From positions 1 to 58,244 of IMG/VR virus record IMGVR_UViG_3300025896_000032: a DNA stretch of 58,244 bases; one strand, 5' to 3'. The stretch comes from a virus (Duplodnaviria > Caudoviricetes). A program made the translations under genes and the position numbers. The notes under the pieces were generated by a model. That model worked only from the letters and a program-made list of their open reading frames with translations, searched no databases and had not been told where the DNA came from. Below are positions 57,339 to 58,244 of this stretch, piece by piece (positions within the stretch are counted from its first letter, which is position 1; the number at the start of each line of letters is the position of its first letter).

Positions 57339-57507
57339 TGTGGGACCTCCGCTTGGCGGCGTCCAAGGCCAGCTTGAGCGATTGAATCTCCAAGCGCATC
57401 TCACGCATGCGTTCATTTTGATTGAGGTGGATTCTGAGCGTACTCTGGTACATCTCTTTCCAGTTTTGGGCGGGGTCGATGTCGACCATGGTAGGTTGTG
57501 TGCTCAT
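57331..57507 (-). CDS. Small coiled-coil protein
   Basis: ATG at 57507 coupled to the upstream stop. Confidence 0.6.
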   Translation of the reverse strand: MSTQPTMVDIDPAQNWKEMYQSTLRIHLNQNERMREMRLEIQSLKLALDAAKRRSHNE

Positions 57508-57839
57508 GTGGGAGGTAGTTTGTTGGAGGTTAATGCGTCGTTGCAAGTTTTTTCTTCGCCCTTAGGAACGGGACGGTTACCCGTCACGGCCCACTCGTAG
57601 CAGAGCAGGTAACCATGGGCATCAATGATGTTGTCGGACTTAGCCATGTGCATCTCCCGACTAAGCTTGATCAAGAGCATCATCAGCATGGCTTGAGGCG
57701 GCGTAATGTCCTTTTTCAGGATCGGGTGAAGGAGACCGGACCACATCTTGGCTACCTTGGCGTAGTCATCGGCAGGGTTGCCGTAGGTCTCGTTGCGGTC
57801 GTTCAGTACTAGCTTGGTCGCTTCGTCGGCGTAAGTCAT
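57504..57839 (-). CDS. DUF6378-like protein
   Basis: DRNETYGNP...AKMWS...MLLIKLSR...DNIIDAHGY. Confidence 0.8.
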   Translation of the reverse strand: MTYADEATKLVLNDRNETYGNPADDYAKVAKMWSGLLHPILKKDITPPQAMLMMLLIKLSREMHMAKSDNIIDAHGYLLCYEWAVTGNRPVPKGEEKTCNDALTSNKLPPT

Positions 57840-58192
57840 ACAGTGTCAAACTGGCTCTTGGATTTTTTGGATGCCTCCACAATTTTGGAGTCGTTAAATA
57901 AGCTGGGCAAAATAGGCGCCTTGGCGTCAGGAGAATAGATCGGCCCACTCATGCCCTCCACGCCCTCTGGCATGGCTTCGTGCTTTGGGATGTCGTATGG
58001 CACATACCCAGCCAGCACCTTTTGGCCGCCGTACTTGGCCTCCGACTCGGTGTAACCACTGTGGCACTCCACGACCTTGCAGCCACGGTACAGCCTCAGG
58101 GCGGTACCAATGGCGACTGCTGCGCTAAATGCCTCAACGGTGATGCGCCTGCCATCACTGAGGCCCATGCGGTATTTTCCGTAGGTGGCCAT
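57836..58192 (-). CDS. Hypothetical protein (5' part duplicated at 1-122)
   Basis: 118 aa; follows the 124-453 gene across the circular junction. Confidence 0.7.
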   Translation of the reverse strand: MATYGKYRMGLSDGRRITVEAFSAAVAIGTALRLYRGCKVVECHSGYTESEAKYGGQKVLAGYVPYDIPKHEAMPEGVEGMSGPIYSPDAKAPILPSLFNDSKIVEASKKSKSQFDTV

Positions 58193-58244
58193 GTTAATAA
58201 CTGTTTTTACGGTTTTCTTTGGCGTCGTTCAGGGCATCCTGCTC
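58071..58244. repeat. Terminal overlap, right copy
   Basis: Matches 1-174. Confidence 0.95.

Noticed and set aside
1-58244. Stop-codon reassignment, tRNA genes, integrase
   Set aside because: Standard-code ORFs tile the genome densely; no cloverleaf or recombinase motifs noticed by eye (tRNAscan not run)

Overview
The window is an apparently complete, circularly permuted dsDNA tailed-phage genome of about 58,070 bp: bases 1-174 recur at 58071-58244 with 3 mismatches. Gene order suggests a P22/T7-type podovirus: TerS-TerL, portal, scaffold, adaptor, nozzle and three ejection proteins on the - strand, with no tail tube, sheath or tape measure recognised. The major capsid gene is isolated on the + strand with its own promoter and terminator. 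A replication/recombination block (SSB-like, PD-(D/E)XK nuclease, T7 gp4-like primase-helicase, RuvC, RNase H-fold exonuclease) is present, with MazG, Dps, an SLT lysin and a holin. I recognised no DNA polymerase, integrase, tRNA or CRISPR array. Most striking: (1) five Thr-rich collagen-like fibre genes, four with a Cys/Pro-Pro N-terminal tag, next to four glycosyltransferase genes (five GT domains, one HTH-fused) and a methyltransferase, a candidate virion glycan-coat system; (2) near-consensus sigma70 promoters ending 5-7 nt before the ATG of several late modules, implying leaderless mRNAs; (3) a 1675-aa ejection protein with KTSC, GNAT and ADP-ribosyltransferase-like domains; (4) a putative early region (about 49.3-55.0 kb) with strand-polarised GATTGG arrays, three conserved inter-gene hairpins, a G-quadruplex-like tract and candidate ncRNAs. 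All functional calls come from reading motifs by eye; no database searches were run and the host is unknown.
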